DNA of 64,000 nucleotides from Anolis carolinensis (Eukaryota): NCBI RefSeq assembly GCF_035594765.1, contig NW_026943821.1, positions 15,593,608 to 15,657,607 of the forward strand, read 5' to 3'. Shown piece by piece: positions 60,801 to 64,000 of this stretch (position 1 is its first letter; each line of letters starts with the position of its first letter). The notes under the pieces were generated by a model. It saw only the letters and a program-made list of their open reading frames with translations, ran no database searches and was not told where the DNA came from. The position numbers and the translations under genes were made by a program.

Positions 60801-62501
60801 TTTGATAAGAACGAAGTTCATAACATCTGGAGAACCCAGCATGGAAATTCATAAAAGTGGAGTTTTAGCAGCATGATTTTACAATTCATGAAGTTGTTAT
60901 CTCTTGCCTCAGAGTGCAGGGATAATCCACAGTAAACTCCAGTAAAAAGTCTCAATCACCTTCTACTATAAATATATGGAATATATATATTGATTTTTGA
61001 ACTATCTTTTACAAAGTCCTGGGGGGGAGGGTGGTCACCTCGATCACAATCCCAGCATTTGTACTTTGATGAAGTATGTTAAATCCTCTTACAGAGAACT
61101 CTAGATGCTCTCCAGACTACAGGAATCAATTGGATGGGACCATGGCATTTAAAGTGTAAGCCTTCTGCATCCAAGTTTAAAAATAACAGCCAAGATTGCA
61201 TGATTATGCTGATAGTGGGGGGGAAAGGAAGATGAGGAGGATGAAGTAAACGTTGCAATGTGGAAGGGTAAGGAACTAAAGTTGCTGCAGGTGTTGTAGG
61301 ACGGGGGACAGTGAAAGCTGCTTGGAGGCTGACAACACTGTTTTGTCTCTTGGTAGAAATTCTCTATGAATGTTCACTTTTTATATGTTTTGAATTGTAT
61401 TGTTTTTTTTAAAATGTGAGCCATTTTGAGTCTCAAATTTGGGGGGGGATTAGATATGATAATAATGATGATGATATCATCATCATCATCATCCCTAAAT
61501 CATTTCAGGTCTGTTCTAATTGACTTCATTACACTCTCAGTGAAGCAGTATCTCTCAAGATTTTTTTTTTTGCTACAAAAGGGCTCCTCCGACTTCAATC
61601 CAAGACCAAAAAATTGCTGCAGGTCATTGGACTGCATTCCTCACCACTGGCTGTGTGGGGAGGCCTATTGGGCGTTGCAACCCCACAAGAGCTGGAGAAC
61701 TGTATTAGTGAGTGTGTATAGCGGAACCAGCAGCGTCCAGTTAACACCATGTGCAAAAGACTCAGACCAGGCAGAGGAATTAAAAGAACAAAGAAAACTT
61801 TACTTGTTGAGTTGAAGTCAAATAAACAGTTCAGCAATCGTACGATGTCCTTGTAGTTGCATAGGATCAATAACTAATCAATCAGCATTCAATATACCCA
61901 GCATATCATATTTAAACTGCTACTTGACCGTAGCTAGAGAGCCTGTCTTTTTTGTACTCTCCCTGCAAGCCCAGATTCCCAACTGACAAATCCAGCCATC
62001 TGCCAGCAAACCGATACATTGTTTGAGGCGTGGCTTGCCTCTGCAAAAGCTCAACTCCCTTTTTGCAGAGATCTTTTGCAAGCAACTTTGCAAGGATTTC
62101 TTTACACACACACACATAGCAATTTGGGGCAATAAACTGCATAACTCCCATCCTTGTATTAGAAAAATTTCAGTGTGTCCATCATTCTTCTCACAGGTGA
62201 AGCATGAGCATTGAACGTGCTTAATTTGAAAGTCTCCATAATCCTGGAAGTGTACCTTTTGCATGGCTAACCTTTGAAAAATACAGAAATCTCCATCCAT
62301 TACAAAATAAACCCCTGGCAAAGTTCTTATTGTGCCCTTTTTCTTTTCTTTTGCTTTTCAGAAATGTATCCCCTTGTTCCTTACTGTGTTGACATTGAAA
62401 TACTCAACAATGGGGTGTGTGAAGCTGCTTACCCTTGGTATACAGCATATGATAAAGGGCTTTGTGCTGGAGTTCTGGAAGGAGGCAAGGATTCATGTCA
62501 T
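54097..62501 (+). CDS. Tissue kallikrein-like / snake-venom-serine-protease-like (gilatoxin-like) S1 protease, exons 1-4; the last exon with GDSGGP is not in the window
   Basis: Exons 54097-54148, 56543-56696, 58675-58955 and 62362-62501, phases 1,2,1,0 (classic KLK/trypsin pattern). Kozak ACCACCATGG. Signal MEVTKLLATFLLLQLSFA; IIGGEEC; WVLTAAHC (His57); NDIML (Asp102); CKVMGWGT; GGKDSC (Asp189, trypsin-like S1 pocket). Confidence 0.93.
54677..54903. mobile_element. Penelope-like inverted repeat carrying hammerhead ribozyme cores on both strands
   Basis: ~100-bp inverted arms; CTGAGGA-stem-GAAAC-GTC. Confidence 0.8.
54778..54817 (+). ncRNA. Minimal type I hammerhead ribozyme motif (Penelope type)
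   Basis: CUGAGGA 54780-54786; stem II GCCUGC/GUGGGC; GAAA 54807-54810; palindromic ACGU stem III; GUC cleavage triplet ending at 54814. Confidence 0.65.
55753..55887. mobile_element. 135-bp hAT MITE (TIR CAGRCATGG)
   Basis: Perfect 8-bp TSD GTCTAGGC. Confidence 0.85.
56543..56696 (+). CDS. Kallikrein-like exon 2 (propeptide, IIGG, His57)
   Basis: LPSRNWIIGGEECAEDGHPWLVSIY...CSGVLINQDWVLTAAHCYK; too short to appear in the ORF track. Confidence 0.95.
57320..57783. mobile_element. Tigger/pogo-like MITE
   Basis: TA|CAGTGTTTCCTCGCT...GAGAGAACACTG|TA. Confidence 0.75.
57838..57883. repeat. (TA)n microsatellite
   Basis: Pure AT dinucleotide run. Confidence 0.95.
58675..58955 (+). CDS. Kallikrein-like exon 3 (Asp102)
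   Basis: LGVHN...NDIMLVKLNAPV...CKVMGWGTI; AG/GTAAG boundaries. Confidence 0.95.
59086..59704 (+). mobile_element. Solo LTR (same family as 1269-1895)
   Basis: TG...CA; perfect TSD CCTAT. Confidence 0.9.
59717..61048 (-). mobile_element. ERV-like solo LTR (1332 bp)
   Basis: TG...CA; 4-bp TSD ATCC; minus-strand TATAAA at about 59965-59971 and AATAAA at about 59883-59888; CCAAT and GC boxes upstream. Confidence 0.8.
62362..62501 (+). CDS. Kallikrein-like exon 4
   Basis: YPLVPYCVDIEIL...CEAAYPW...LCAGVLEGGKDSCH; GTAAG donor. Confidence 0.95.
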
Positions 62502-63124
62502 GTAAGGATCTTTCCTTGGGGAATAGAAACATCAGTTACTTTCTGAAGTACAGGCCTAGATGTTCTATTTGTGAGTCTCTGGAATCAGTATTGAGAAAAA
62601 GTATTGTTTTGGATTATAGCTCTCACCAGTCCACCGTTTTGAGAGATGGAATCCAAATATTTTATTATGCTCTGTCCAACATTTCATTTGACCTACTTTG
62701 TAACTGGAAATCACCTGATGCAGACATATTCACAAACAAAAACAGACAAGTGTGTACAAGCATTAAAGTGGCAAGAGAGGAATTACAAGACTCAAAACTG
62801 AATGTAAAAATCAAATTTAAGTTCTAAAAAATGATTTGATTGATTACATTGGTTACCAAGTTGATTTCCATGGCTGAGTGGAGATTCAAACCAGAGTCAT
62901 AGTTCAATACTCAAACCAATGGCTCTCAAGTATTTAGAGAATTTCAAATGCTGCAAATCCTAGGATTCTATAGAATGTAGTCAGGATACCAAAAGCAGAA
63001 TCATAAAAATGCTGTGCGTAGTGTTTACTGTGTCCCTTATGTTTAATCATATTTAAACATTATTGTTTATTTAAACATTATTTAAATGTGTTATCTTACT
63101 GAGAGCTTCCTTGAGCTTCATTTC

Positions 63125-64000
63125 TAGGAGGAAACTGTGATATAGAAAAACACTTATAAAAGCACAATTGGAGGCAGAAAGGAAAAGCTCAGATGAAAAA
63201 TTTCAGACAATAAGAGAAAGTTTGAAAACAGCACATGGAGAGATACAAACAAATAAATCTGAAATCGGGAAAAATAAACAGGAACAACTTGTACTCAAAC
63301 AACAAACGCAAAAAAATGAAAATAGGCTTTCAGATGTGGAAAGAAAGTTCGTGTATATGCAAGATAATCAAAGAAGAAACAACGCAATAATTAGAAACTA
63401 CCCAGAAGGGAATAAGAAAGAAGATCTGAAAACCGAGATTTTGAAGTGGTTGCAAAAGATCACGCCGATATTAAACTGGTCAGAATTAGATATCGAGAGA
63501 GTTCATCGCCTTCCGAGTGGAAGAAATAAAATAATTCCTAGGAATATAATAATCCGATTTCAAAACTTCGTAAAGAAAGAAAATTTGATGAAAATATTAA
63601 AGAAGAACCCAGAATATTTAAAGATGGGCGACTCAAAATTGGAGATATTCAATGACTATTGTACTGAAACTAAGAATTGGAGATATTCAATGAAGCCTAT
63701 TACGATCCAATTAATGAAGGCCGGAATTTTGTACACTTGGGGATATCCTATCTTTCTCAAATTCCAATGGAAAGGCAAGAGATATAGAATAGACTCATTG
63801 GAGCAAGGACATCAACTATTGGAGGAGCTCGGTATAATAAGAAAACAAGAGAGAGATCGAAAGGAGGAGGAGGAGAAGGGTTCGGAAGCAGGAGTAACGG
63901 AGGAATTATTTGGCGCCACTGGAGGAATCGGGATGTAAGAAGAAAGCGTAACACTGCAATTAAATTTATTATTGAATTTAAAATGAGCACTCGGGGGGAG
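63125..64000 (+). mobile_element. L1 element: most of ORF1p and the start of ORF2, in kallikrein intron 4
   Basis: Coiled coil; RRNNAIIRNYPE; IERVHRL; PRNIIIRF; IFNDY; WGYP; stop at 63938; ATG at about 63983. Confidence 0.9.

Noticed and set aside
61715-62106. Possible additional minus-strand solo LTR in kallikrein intron 3
   Set aside because: It has LTR-like composition and TG...CA candidates, but I could not find a matching TSD, so boundaries are unsupported.

Overview
Eukaryotic genomic DNA from a squamate reptile, most likely an Anolis lizard, judged from the Sauria-type SINEs, CR1, L2, RTE/BovB, L1, R4/Dong, Penelope, Helitron, hAT and Tc1/mariner repeats. The left 50 kb is a tandem cluster of four minus-strand, 6-exon vomeronasal type-2 receptor (V2R, class C GPCR) genes. 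Copy A runs off the left edge, so only exons 1-4 are present. Copies B and C are complete and open. Copy D has a 31-bp frameshifting deletion in exon 4. About 4.5 kb from D, head-to-head on the plus strand, is a tissue-kallikrein / snake-venom-serine-protease-like gene; exons 1-4 are present and the catalytic-Ser exon is not in the window. Introns and spacers are packed with nested transposons. The most unusual observations are: (i) an acidic ORF in a solo LTR resembling the LEDGF/TND-binding FxGF motif of CDCA7L/JPO2; (ii) a ~31-34 aa Tyr/Gly-rich insertion in the ligand-binding domain of all four V2Rs; (iii) Penelope-type hammerhead ribozyme cores in hairpin repeats; (iv) loss of the conserved xxPSD loop in V2R-B; (v) a Trp at the zymogen activation P1 position of the kallikrein. 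All family names and comparisons to known proteins are recalled from memory, not from database searches.
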